Assembly (NCBI GenBank): GCA_937876055.1 | Contig: CALEIW010000051.1 | Location: forward strand, 1-36,001 | Length of the DNA: 36,001 bases | Origin: an uncultured euryarchaeote | GTDB lineage: Archaea; Thermoplasmatota; Poseidoniia; Poseidoniales; Thalassarchaeaceae | Direction: 5' to 3' | The notes under the pieces: generated by a model | The model's database searches: none | What the model was told of the DNA's origin: nothing | What the model saw: only the letters and a program-made list of their open reading frames with translations | Translations under genes and position numbers: made by a program | In this document: positions 9,901-16,346 of the stretch, in pieces | How positions within the stretch are numbered: the stretch's first letter is position 1 | Layout of the letters: every line of letters starts with the position of its first letter

Positions 9901-12532
9901 ACCAGCAGAAGATGCTGCATGGCACGCCTACCGATTGTATGTATGGGATTCAACAGCTGACCCGTTATGGGAGCCTACTCAAGAGGACTTAGATTCATTC
10001 TCTACCTACACTAGATCGGGCCTATGGTCCCGCACAAATGCGACCATAACAAGAGCGGACAATGCTGGTGTAACGGAAGAATTGCGGGATGATCGCCAAT
10101 ACCGCGCAGCAGTTGTAATTGAATACGCAGATGGGTCATTGGGCGTTCCAATGACATACCCACAAAATATTACTCCAACAGACGAGGTTCCAGCCGCTCC
10201 GGCTTGGATGACCGCAAATCCAGCTTCGGGTGGGGCGGCTGGTACCATTTTCCTAGAATGGGCTGCCTGTACTGAACTTGACCCGGATAGAGTTAGGATT
10301 TGGGCCGTGCAACAAGAAATTACCAGCGCAGTCGGACTTTCAAACCCATTCGAATTCCATTGGAGTACTGGGAACACAACCGCCTTGCAATTAGAAGGTG
10401 GAGTTCCGTATTGGTTTGCGGCGGTTTGTGTAGACGAAGCAGGACAATCATCAATCAATAATGCTACAATCATCGGTCCAGTGGTTACCGCAGGTGGCCT
10501 CGATGATGGAATTCCGCCGATGCCGATTACTGGAACAACAGCTATCGACGTGCCGAACGATGAAGGCGGTAGAATCAATGTCTCTTGGGATGCAAATACT
10601 GAGGAGGACTGTACCTATTACACTGTATATGTTCTACCAGCCTCCGGATTCCAAGCCCCTGCAACGGTAGATGGTTGGCCCGTTGCAGGATATACAGATA
10701 ATTGTGAAACGACTTCAATCATTATTGATTCATTGGGTGAAAGTCGCCTAATCGATGGAATAGTCTACTGGATAGGAGTCGTAGCCTTTGATGATTGGGG
10801 CAATGGTGACGTCGACAACGTCCTCGTAGTAGATGCTACTCCAGAGGCTGATTTCGACGGCGAAGCAATACCTCCAGATCGAGTCACTGGACTCGATGCC
10901 TGGGATTATCCAGATGATGACGGTTCAGCCATTGATATTCGCTGGAATCGCTCATCAGCTGATGACTTCTCATTCTACACAGTTTGGGTATCTGAGTACC
11001 CATTGAACAATGTAACCGAGATTTGGGAATCCTGCAGTGAAAACCCATCTGATTGTGGTTTAGTAGTCATTAACCAGCGTCAGTTTGGAGCCAACTTCCA
11101 ATTAGAATATACTGCAGAAAGTGCTCTTTATGGAAGCTCTGTAGATACTTTAGAAGTAGGTCCAATCCAATCTATGATTCCTCTCTATGTCACTGTAACT
11201 ATTCATGATATATCTGGAAATGTGCACCTAAGTGGCTTATCGGAACATATGGTCTTAGTTACTCCAATGGATAACCGCGGAGATGTATCTCCGCCCGATC
11301 GACTCCAAGCTCCGGTACTCAGAGATAGGCCAAATGATGCTGGAAATGCGATGTTCGTAGAATTCCCATCAAGTGACGCCTCTGACATCGCAGAATATTG
11401 GATTTACGCGGTAATCGATACTCCGGTTCTGTTGCAAAGAACCGATGACCTACAACCCGCAATGGTCGTTGATAGAGAACAGGACCTTCCAGTCCTGCTA
11501 ACCGAGTTCTCAGCCTATGGAGATGACATTGCTACGCCATTGGTACCAAACCGTCGAATCTATGTTGCAGTGGTAGCAGTTGATTCGTCAGGCAATGCTT
11601 GGACGGACAATCTCGCCAGTACTTGGATAGAACTTTCAGACGAACTATCCGCAGACCCGTGTCCAGAATGTCCAGATGTTAGTGGAATTAGGGCCAGTTG
11701 GAATGCTGCAGGTTCTCTAATAGAGGTGACCTGGGATAATGCCGAGGATCCAATGTATGCAAGTTACTACGCCTTTGTCAGCCTAGAATCGTTCGATGAC
11801 ACTAGAAACGCTTCTCTGGTTAAGTCTGCTATGAGAGATACGATATTGATTCTCAATGAATTCAATGGTGATATGATCGACCGTGAAGAGACATATTGGA
11901 TTGAGATTGTAACCTATAATGGAGAAGTTCACACATTCTATGCCGACCCAGTAGAAGTTCCACCTTGGGAAGAATCCAGCTTTGGTACTACCCAACCAGG
12001 TGATGATGCCGCAGGTGAGTCCTGGGTCGATAGAATACTAGCAGGCGACATGAACATGGTAATTATTGCACTCTCAGTAGTAATGTTCCTAATCGGTGCA
12101 ATGATGTTCATCAGGCCAAGAGGAGATTCTGCTCCTGAGCCTTGGGAGATGGGCGCCCTAGAAGTCGAGTTGGAAGAGCAAATGGAGCGGGAGGCGGCTG
12201 GCCTTACCGATGACGAAGACTTCGGCGCTGATGAATTGGAAATTGATGAGGGACTAGTCGCTAATGCTAGGCGTAAGGAAGGCGACTCTTCAGATGAAAG
12301 CAAGAGCGATTACACCGAGACTATGGCTAGTGCAGGAGCCCCATTGGAAGAGGAACTAGAGCCAACGCCATCCGCAGATAGTGGCGTTATGGACGAATTA
12401 CTCGGGGATGAAGAAGAGCTAGACCTTGGTGATCTTGATGACATGGCAGACGATCTAAACTTCGATGATTTTGATGAAGAAGAATCAGAAGACGATGATA
12501 TTGACACATCTTTCTTAGACGAAATGCTCTGA
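3947..12532 (+). CDS. giant (2861 aa) membrane-anchored surface protein: signal peptide, long beta-propeller-like repeat region, about 6 Fn3-like modules, one TM helix, acidic cytoplasmic tail
   Basis: Uninterrupted 8.6-kb ORF. N-terminal signal KRKSALLLATLMVLLPWSAYS. Recurrent blade-like motifs (VWIGTSNAGVLRL, LYAGTNRGACKW, LWVTTAGRGLKAIDL, IMIATHGGIGMYN) span about 4560-9400. Repeated module starts are DRPNDGGGVIEASW (9857), DVPNDEGGRINVSW (10547), DYPDDDGSAIDIRW (10905) and DRPNDAGNAMFVEF (11325). The TM helix MNMVIIALSVVMFLIGAMMFI lies at about 12050-12112, followed by a D/E-rich tail of about 140 aa. Confidence 0.9.
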   Translation: MSNPRQLLSKRKSALLLATLMVLLPWSAYSDVNQLESEQEIREVSQAAWGASGSNDTGWIDLVATGADPDNGSYAYSDLFLPFAPGAQISNLTFEIAVNGSAGYWANEPQITLMDTQTPILDWRGYGDIGQQNEMQNNPPSVLNGTLSTYLKPNSISDASWELPAGATLTDMVIEALRPADPMVSYSAVDIHIHDSAVNPNDGRLYILLDDDLLHLDARSQKPIVDIETGITGRSLAIDSDAGTLLIGTEDGSVLSRSLFDSSEMPNLREPTGLQNAGIYSISVDDYGTIWAAGNCSIHFKPIGEEVWSEYDYCPTINIETPSDMMIIGDSVYLATTNAGVHILNYITSSSSGSVSVSVDSQTDWSTQNFLSSDQITELEVVGNHLLIATADSGINRRDLTAQSWIATWSTNNWLASNQIHGLSLTPGWLHILAGTTVHAYDTNSLIFQSQNQLSQLGLYGNGAMAIAWPAHPSRGPISSTALFSDDSGTLGMQIAENPTGTLTLVSGPSIDGMDVVSRIDDGESGEIWVASGRIIDRYDEADRAWKTPIDIRDYVSNPGQIVAIQQDDNENVWIGTSNAGVLRLENTDGSYIGTVSGLSSNDVSSLAFDDTNGYLVVGHSQSGISIIDTNQMTLVDTITTSDGLDSDFVNSVATRFGIAYMATPDKGVMRVELSTSTIIGSWQSLGADDLDATPVAVDGDVVYIGLYEFGILVVDRLTGDISDLWNQDTNSLPDDDVLSLEMDDFGGLLVGSQGSFSRYDGSTWTTLTTSGSWWNRPSVFYDVTSDGDGLYAGTNRGACKWNWQYQFQDCVSSGDGLESRFVYTIEMLAPDRAYTGGNQGAGIVNMDNFSVIETWTAGDDTQRARTVKVDDILYLGFENTGIARYDLINNEWLTTWDGDQGYINDDDVTALVPGQTYGTIWAGGDFGLTLIDVINDVVLISWDRGSNPNGPTLSNSIPADIEIYGDILHYSTQRSTSWWGGGSDSIYRINLTTNTSLTAIEVDDRTGWNGVINGIGIVDDQLWIGIRPTQTWNDGDGTIVRWNMTNESWEDDLSTIGNVLRVNARFLGECFPLNTSSCELWVAYGNFILRRFNADTMTLLDEWTDVDGPIRGMEEYQGEYLFASMNGILRWDPVNETWLDSWTPGDGLPSNTEEEFYSMKVIGTDLWVGNMESSGWNSNAQILRKDGTTGNWSSWDLGTGDIPGGYAADIGICDDIVHVAIGARFWWGNQGGVARYDLVDHDSDSITNEWISAMTSGSSGLSNNDPRAVTCDEANEILYIAYDTEGVGIDRYNYNTDTYLSILTAADGISEDRIFPGGLLHDNNVLLAAHQYDNQGGISRLITSGTATANGQVLDPGMDGCSIDRAPSSTGQVIYAIGRSGQTTGLNRVDRLDSSGLIASGYDELAGLTSGRVLEIISNDTHVWVTSALDSSSFHGSSILQGEILANGSVRWEYGYNFQQDVVNEMTLDGETLWVTTAGRGLKAIDLKQRRIVSTPPALHAQMDGMIIQNNTMYVGLMGNEGSAAGFQTFDTNNRQWGYGSLIAGLPSNLVRDFMVYGDHIMIATHGGIGMYNTTRDDWDNPITTIDGLPSPIITHLHSINTTIQGGGKVLAGGAAGVTVLHESNLTVLNTLGFNDGLMGNTVSGITEAGPISRVVQNPDGTNSTIYHDAAIFISHNGQGPTRPGVAAWDLATDMANGTYNIDMIPSNDVRAIVADDWGVHVATDVAPLVHWNGSMMQMETGVSTSSLLSWPPYEMHSDGQYLVVMSPRGLDVVDVVGRHEVVSNRVITGLQGGHIDFSGFYAVGNDGLHVYKPTVSLQETARENQRRADPLTLLYSGRTWDITNTTHPGMATVLVTPDNPIQIPESSSTSAPGTLPMHVETMTMLAPQRGAWVWARSTSLNYTGSWDLAASNGGIQQAFQSAISAVGPGTSSAILHVQMQSPQDGAMQVRITYDWERIEVPTVITNLVDRPNDGGGVIEASWLPAEDAAWHAYRLYVWDSTADPLWEPTQEDLDSFSTYTRSGLWSRTNATITRADNAGVTEELRDDRQYRAAVVIEYADGSLGVPMTYPQNITPTDEVPAAPAWMTANPASGGAAGTIFLEWAACTELDPDRVRIWAVQQEITSAVGLSNPFEFHWSTGNTTALQLEGGVPYWFAAVCVDEAGQSSINNATIIGPVVTAGGLDDGIPPMPITGTTAIDVPNDEGGRINVSWDANTEEDCTYYTVYVLPASGFQAPATVDGWPVAGYTDNCETTSIIIDSLGESRLIDGIVYWIGVVAFDDWGNGDVDNVLVVDATPEADFDGEAIPPDRVTGLDAWDYPDDDGSAIDIRWNRSSADDFSFYTVWVSEYPLNNVTEIWESCSENPSDCGLVVINQRQFGANFQLEYTAESALYGSSVDTLEVGPIQSMIPLYVTVTIHDISGNVHLSGLSEHMVLVTPMDNRGDVSPPDRLQAPVLRDRPNDAGNAMFVEFPSSDASDIAEYWIYAVIDTPVLLQRTDDLQPAMVVDREQDLPVLLTEFSAYGDDIATPLVPNRRIYVAVVAVDSSGNAWTDNLASTWIELSDELSADPCPECPDVSGIRASWNAAGSLIEVTWDNAEDPMYASYYAFVSLESFDDTRNASLVKSAMRDTILILNEFNGDMIDREETYWIEIVTYNGEVHTFYADPVEVPPWEESSFGTTQPGDDAAGESWVDRILAGDMNMVIIALSVVMFLIGAMMFIRPRGDSAPEPWEMGALEVELEEQMEREAAGLTDDEDFGADELEIDEGLVANARRKEGDSSDESKSDYTETMASAGAPLEEELEPTPSADSGVMDELLGDEEELDLGDLDDMADDLNFDDFDEEESEDDDIDTSFLDEML

Positions 12533-12576
12533 TTGTATCAGCATCGGGTTGAAGCCCTATTCATCTATCGAGGTCT

Positions 12577-13356
12577 ATGGATGGCGATCCCCGTTCCGAG
12601 GTATTCACCACCATCGCTTGGGATGGCGGGTCCCGGCTATTAGCAGCCGACTTGCATATCGCTCGTCTTTTTCGACACGCTGAGAGATTAGGATTCAATC
12701 TTCCAAACAACCTAACGGAACTTATCTTCGAATCGCTCAGTAAGGCAGAGATTCCGGGCGAATCAGTGGTTGGAGAAAATCAGGCGCCATTTTTGATTAA
12801 GATCGGAGTCAATCCAAACGGTGACGTCAAATTAATTCCTAGAGTGAACGGAAAATGGCCCAATCCAATGAGAGCAATTAGTCTTGCAGCACCTCGATGG
12901 GAGGTTTCAGTAAGAGGAACTAAACACGGCGATTGGCAACCATATTTTGATGCTCGAGAGGTAGCGAATGAGCATGGAGCGGATGTATCTCTTCTATTCG
13001 ATGGAGAGATTCTAATTGATGGAGATAGGTGTATGCCTATTCTGCTGGATAACGATGGAGTTGCTTACTATCCAAAGCCCTCGGAAGGCGCACTAGACTC
13101 TGTTACTCTAGAACAAATCAGAGAAGGTATCGAGAGTGCTGGAGTACCAGTTAGGGAAGCTAGACTGACTCTACCAATGTTGCTACGGGCTTCTGAGATG
13201 ATAGTCTTAGGAAGTGGCTTAGGTGTTCAGGCATTAGGTGAAATTGATGGAAGGCAAATCGGCCAACCAAATGGTAGATTGTATCAAGCGGCCTACAACG
13301 CTTGGATGAATCGATTACAGACCGCATGGATGAGATTAGAAGATTTGGAGGACTGA
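12577..13356 (+). CDS. pabC: aminodeoxychorismate lyase-like protein (class IV aminotransferase fold)
   Basis: 259 aa. The N-terminus (DGGSRLLAADLHIARLFRHAERLGF) and the size fit fold-type IV PLP enzymes. A candidate Lys is in RGTKHGDW. It ends 1 nt before the pabB-pabA fusion. The sequence is divergent, so the family call rests on context and pattern. Confidence 0.65.
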   Translation: MDGDPRSEVFTTIAWDGGSRLLAADLHIARLFRHAERLGFNLPNNLTELIFESLSKAEIPGESVVGENQAPFLIKIGVNPNGDVKLIPRVNGKWPNPMRAISLAAPRWEVSVRGTKHGDWQPYFDAREVANEHGADVSLLFDGEILIDGDRCMPILLDNDGVAYYPKPSEGALDSVTLEQIREGIESAGVPVREARLTLPMLLRASEMIVLGSGLGVQALGEIDGRQIGQPNGRLYQAAYNAWMNRLQTAWMRLEDLED

Positions 13357-13357
13357 A

Positions 13358-15604
13358 ATGCGAGTAATTGAACGAACAGAGGATAACTCGCATGAATCCC
13401 CTCTAATTTCCATGTTGCAGGCTAGAACCCGTGAAGGGGATGAATTGCTTCTTCATTCAGGCGGACCTGTAACTGACCTGTCACAAAAGTCCATGCTTCC
13501 AGCCTTGGATAGCATTCGCTTTCTTTTCTTCGAACCGTACGGAGAAGATGCCCCCACAGGTTCTGCGCTTCGTGGTGAAATACACCTAGGAAATCCTTCT
13601 CCGCTGAACTTAGTTCGTCAGCGACTAGTAGAAGGGCGATGGCATACAGAAGAGGAGTATAATCCAGCAACATTAGAGCAAGCCTTGTCTATTGTCGCTG
13701 AGCATGAAATAGAAGTAGAACAGAATGAACAACACTCGATTACTCCAGGTGGATTCGCTGGCTTACTTGGATATGATTTAGGTCGTTGGTCAAATTCTAT
13801 TCGATTGGCGAATACACCTGAACCTGGCACGCTACTAGGCGTTTTGTGGCGATGTGATGCATGGTGGATACACGAACGTGCTAACAATCAATTGCGATTA
13901 ATTGCGATTGAGGGGCATCAATGGTTAGAGCAAGAATCGCCCAAATTTTCGGACTTACAAACGCCAGCCAAACCAGAATCAATAGTACCCGATAGCGAGA
14001 GCGATTCTGAACATGCGAGAAAGGTCGAAAAAATCCGTGAATCGATTCGTGGCGGCCATCTATATCAGGTGAATTATGGCCGCAGATGGCAAGCTGAAAT
14101 GTCTGGTCAACCGTGGGATACATTCCTTAGAATGACCCATTCTAATCCCGCTCCTTTCTCCTCATGGCTGTACTTAGCAGATCACGGTTGGGCAGTCGCC
14201 TCAGCCTCTCCAGAGAGATTGATGCGCCTTGAATCTGGAATTGTCTCAACCAGACCAATAAAGGGAACGAGGGCGAGGGGAAAGAACGAGAAGGAAGATT
14301 CTGCTCTAAGGTTAGAATTAGCATCATCAGAAAAAGAAATGGCCGAGCACTTGATGTTGGTAGATTTGGAACGGCACGACCTTTCTTCTGTTTGTCAGAG
14401 TGGTAGTGTACATTGGTCTGACTGCCGAATTGAAGCTTTGGCAAATGTGCAACATTTGGTTTCCGGAGTAGAGGGAAAAATTAGTCCTAACAATAGTGCT
14501 GGAAAATCTTTGGCTGCCCTATTCCCAGGTGGCTCAATCACCGGTTGCCCAAAGGTTGTGACTATGGCAGCCATCGACCAACTAGAGGGTTCGCCGAGGA
14601 GTGCTTGGACAGGATCAATCGGCCATCTCAACCAAAGCGCTGGACAAGCCGATTGGAATATCCTAATTCGAACTATGGAGGCTCGCAGTGGCCCGGAATC
14701 ATGGTATGCTACGGTTCAAGCAGGTGGAGGCGTTGTAATCGATTCAAATCCTGCCCACGAGGTTGAGGAAGCACGCTGGAAGGCGGCTGCAGTAACCGAA
14801 GCGACGTGGGGGTTCCGAACTGGATTCAGTAATGAAGAATTACCCGAGAGAGAAGTTGGCATACTTCCTCTCCCCAAGGTCAAAGGAGCATTGGGTAGAA
14901 TATCTCCTGGAGTTCCAAAGGAATCCAATTCGGAAATCGATTATCACGTTCTCTTAGTGGACAACCTCGATTCCTTCACAAACAATATCGCAGAATCGCT
15001 ACATCGGCTCGGAGCAAAGGTGACAATCGTTGAGGGCAGACCAGTTGAAAAAATCGATACAAAAACTCAAGTCAACACTTGGTTAGACATTTACCGTCCT
15101 ACACATATCATAATTGGACCGGGTCCTTCTCGCCCAGAAGTTTCTCCTCTAAGCATGGAAATTGCCCACAGAGCCTTGCAAAACAGATTGAAAATCCTTG
15201 ATGCCCCAATTCCATTACTAGGTTGGTGTCTGGGTCATCAAGCGATTGGTCTTGCAGCAGGATGGAATCTAATTGAATCTCCTCTGGGAGCAGTTCATGG
15301 AGTACCATCAAGAATCACTCATGACGGCTCAGGTCTGTTCCAACATGCCGCAGAGGAGGTTGTAATGATGCGCTACAATAGCTTGGTTCTAGAGGCGACG
15401 AATGAGGACATCGTAGCAAATTCATGGGATGAATCTGGAAGTCTGATTATGGGGTTAAGTCATCCTTCTCTTCCGATAGAGGGAGTACAATTCCACCCTG
15501 AATCAGTCGGCAGTCCAGATGGACTAGCATTGCTTAGATCATTCCTTAAATTCTCAAACAAAGTTACCAAGTTTGAGCCCAACAAACAGGTTAGAAGACC
15601 GTAG
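13358..15604 (+). CDS. pabB: aminodeoxychorismate synthase, fused component I (chorismate-binding, N-terminal) and glutamine amidotransferase (C-terminal)
   Basis: Chorismate-binding motifs are STRPIKGTRARG (PIKGT Lys as in PabB, about 14252-14266), MLVDLERHD and FPGGSITGCPK. The C-terminal class-I GATase has LLVDNLDSFTNN, GWCLGHQAIG (Cys, about 15223-15240) and VQFHPES (about 15487-15507). Confidence 0.9.
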   Translation: MRVIERTEDNSHESPLISMLQARTREGDELLLHSGGPVTDLSQKSMLPALDSIRFLFFEPYGEDAPTGSALRGEIHLGNPSPLNLVRQRLVEGRWHTEEEYNPATLEQALSIVAEHEIEVEQNEQHSITPGGFAGLLGYDLGRWSNSIRLANTPEPGTLLGVLWRCDAWWIHERANNQLRLIAIEGHQWLEQESPKFSDLQTPAKPESIVPDSESDSEHARKVEKIRESIRGGHLYQVNYGRRWQAEMSGQPWDTFLRMTHSNPAPFSSWLYLADHGWAVASASPERLMRLESGIVSTRPIKGTRARGKNEKEDSALRLELASSEKEMAEHLMLVDLERHDLSSVCQSGSVHWSDCRIEALANVQHLVSGVEGKISPNNSAGKSLAALFPGGSITGCPKVVTMAAIDQLEGSPRSAWTGSIGHLNQSAGQADWNILIRTMEARSGPESWYATVQAGGGVVIDSNPAHEVEEARWKAAAVTEATWGFRTGFSNEELPEREVGILPLPKVKGALGRISPGVPKESNSEIDYHVLLVDNLDSFTNNIAESLHRLGAKVTIVEGRPVEKIDTKTQVNTWLDIYRPTHIIIGPGPSRPEVSPLSMEIAHRALQNRLKILDAPIPLLGWCLGHQAIGLAAGWNLIESPLGAVHGVPSRITHDGSGLFQHAAEEVVMMRYNSLVLEATNEDIVANSWDESGSLIMGLSHPSLPIEGVQFHPESVGSPDGLALLRSFLKFSNKVTKFEPNKQVRRP

Positions 15605-15642
15605 CGTTGAAGGAGCGATGTTCGGTGGCGAGGTTGACGTCT

Positions 15643-16005
15643 ATGCCAGTCTGTCGCATGTGCACCCAAAACTACCCGAACTCTCAGTTCGTTAGTGGTA
15701 ATGGCCCCCGCTACCAGGTTTGCGTTCGTTGTGCTACCGAGAACGATATGTTGGCAGAAGGTGAGGAAACCGCGCTATACTCAGACGAGTTAGTTCGAGC
15801 ACGTTCGGCACTTTTGGCTCGCCGCTTCAGGCCGTGGGGTTTTCTTCTTGCAGGTTGGTTACTATTCTTCTCATTTGGAACGGGGATCGAATTGTGGTCA
15901 AATCTACTTTTGGGCGCTCTAATTATTGGGACTTTAGCGACTCCAGTTCTCCATTTCATGGGCTCTACAAAATTCCGAGCAGAACTCGCGGCACTGACTC
16001 CTTGA
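15643..16005 (+). CDS. hypothetical zinc-ribbon membrane protein
   Basis: CRMC...x17...CVRC forms a four-Cys ribbon. Two hydrophobic helices follow (WGFLLAGWLLFFSF, LLLGALIIGTLATPVL). The ORF opens at TTG 15607, and ATG 15643 is the first ATG. Confidence 0.5.
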   Translation: MPVCRMCTQNYPNSQFVSGNGPRYQVCVRCATENDMLAEGEETALYSDELVRARSALLARRFRPWGFLLAGWLLFFSFGTGIELWSNLLLGALIIGTLATPVLHFMGSTKFRAELAALTP

Positions 16006-16049
16006 AGGAAAATTATCCAAAAATAGCCCGAATCAGGCTCGGGAACTCT

Positions 16050-16320
16050 TGATATAGCCACGCAATGGCTGGCAAATTAGAGGGAACGGTGGGTTCCCTA
16101 TGAAAGCCCGTGAGATTGGATGCGTAAAAGAGGAGGAGCAAACGAAGTAAGACAGTATTTCCACAAAAGCCGCAAATGCAGCGCAGTGCTACGTTTAGAG
16201 TGGTTGTGGAAAGAATACCTAGTGGGCTCCCAAATAGCATCCGTAACTCCCGGAAGAATTGGGTTCGCGCAAGTACGAGCGCGAGCATTCACCGGAAAGA
16301 GAGAACAGCGGGTTCTCTGA
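16050..16320 (+). ncRNA. candidate structured non-coding RNA, family unassigned (RNase P-like core topology but invariant motifs not matched)
   Basis: The 341-bp gap has only short overlapping ORFs. Helices: 16078-16084/16090-16096; 16109-16120 with 16234-16246; 16132-16136 with 16223-16227; 16152-16163 with 16201-16215; hairpin 16247-16292; hairpin 16297-16315. Unpaired segments are A/G-rich on the + strand. A TATA-like TTGATATA lies at 16046-16053. Strand and ends are uncertain. Confidence 0.4.
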
Positions 16321-16346
16321 ACTGATATTTTGGAAGTGAAAAGAAA

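Noticed and set aside
10006-10578. 190-aa minus-strand ORF inside the giant gene, plus many other 60-120 aa antisense ORFs across 4365-12507
   Set aside because: They lie fully inside an uninterrupted 8.6-kb ORF with coherent domain repeats, and their translations are low-complexity with no motifs.
15610-15695. AAGGAG followed by ATG at 15618 opening a 25-codon ORF
   Set aside because: The spacing to the ATG is only 2 nt, the peptide has no features, and it overlaps the zinc-ribbon membrane ORF out of frame.
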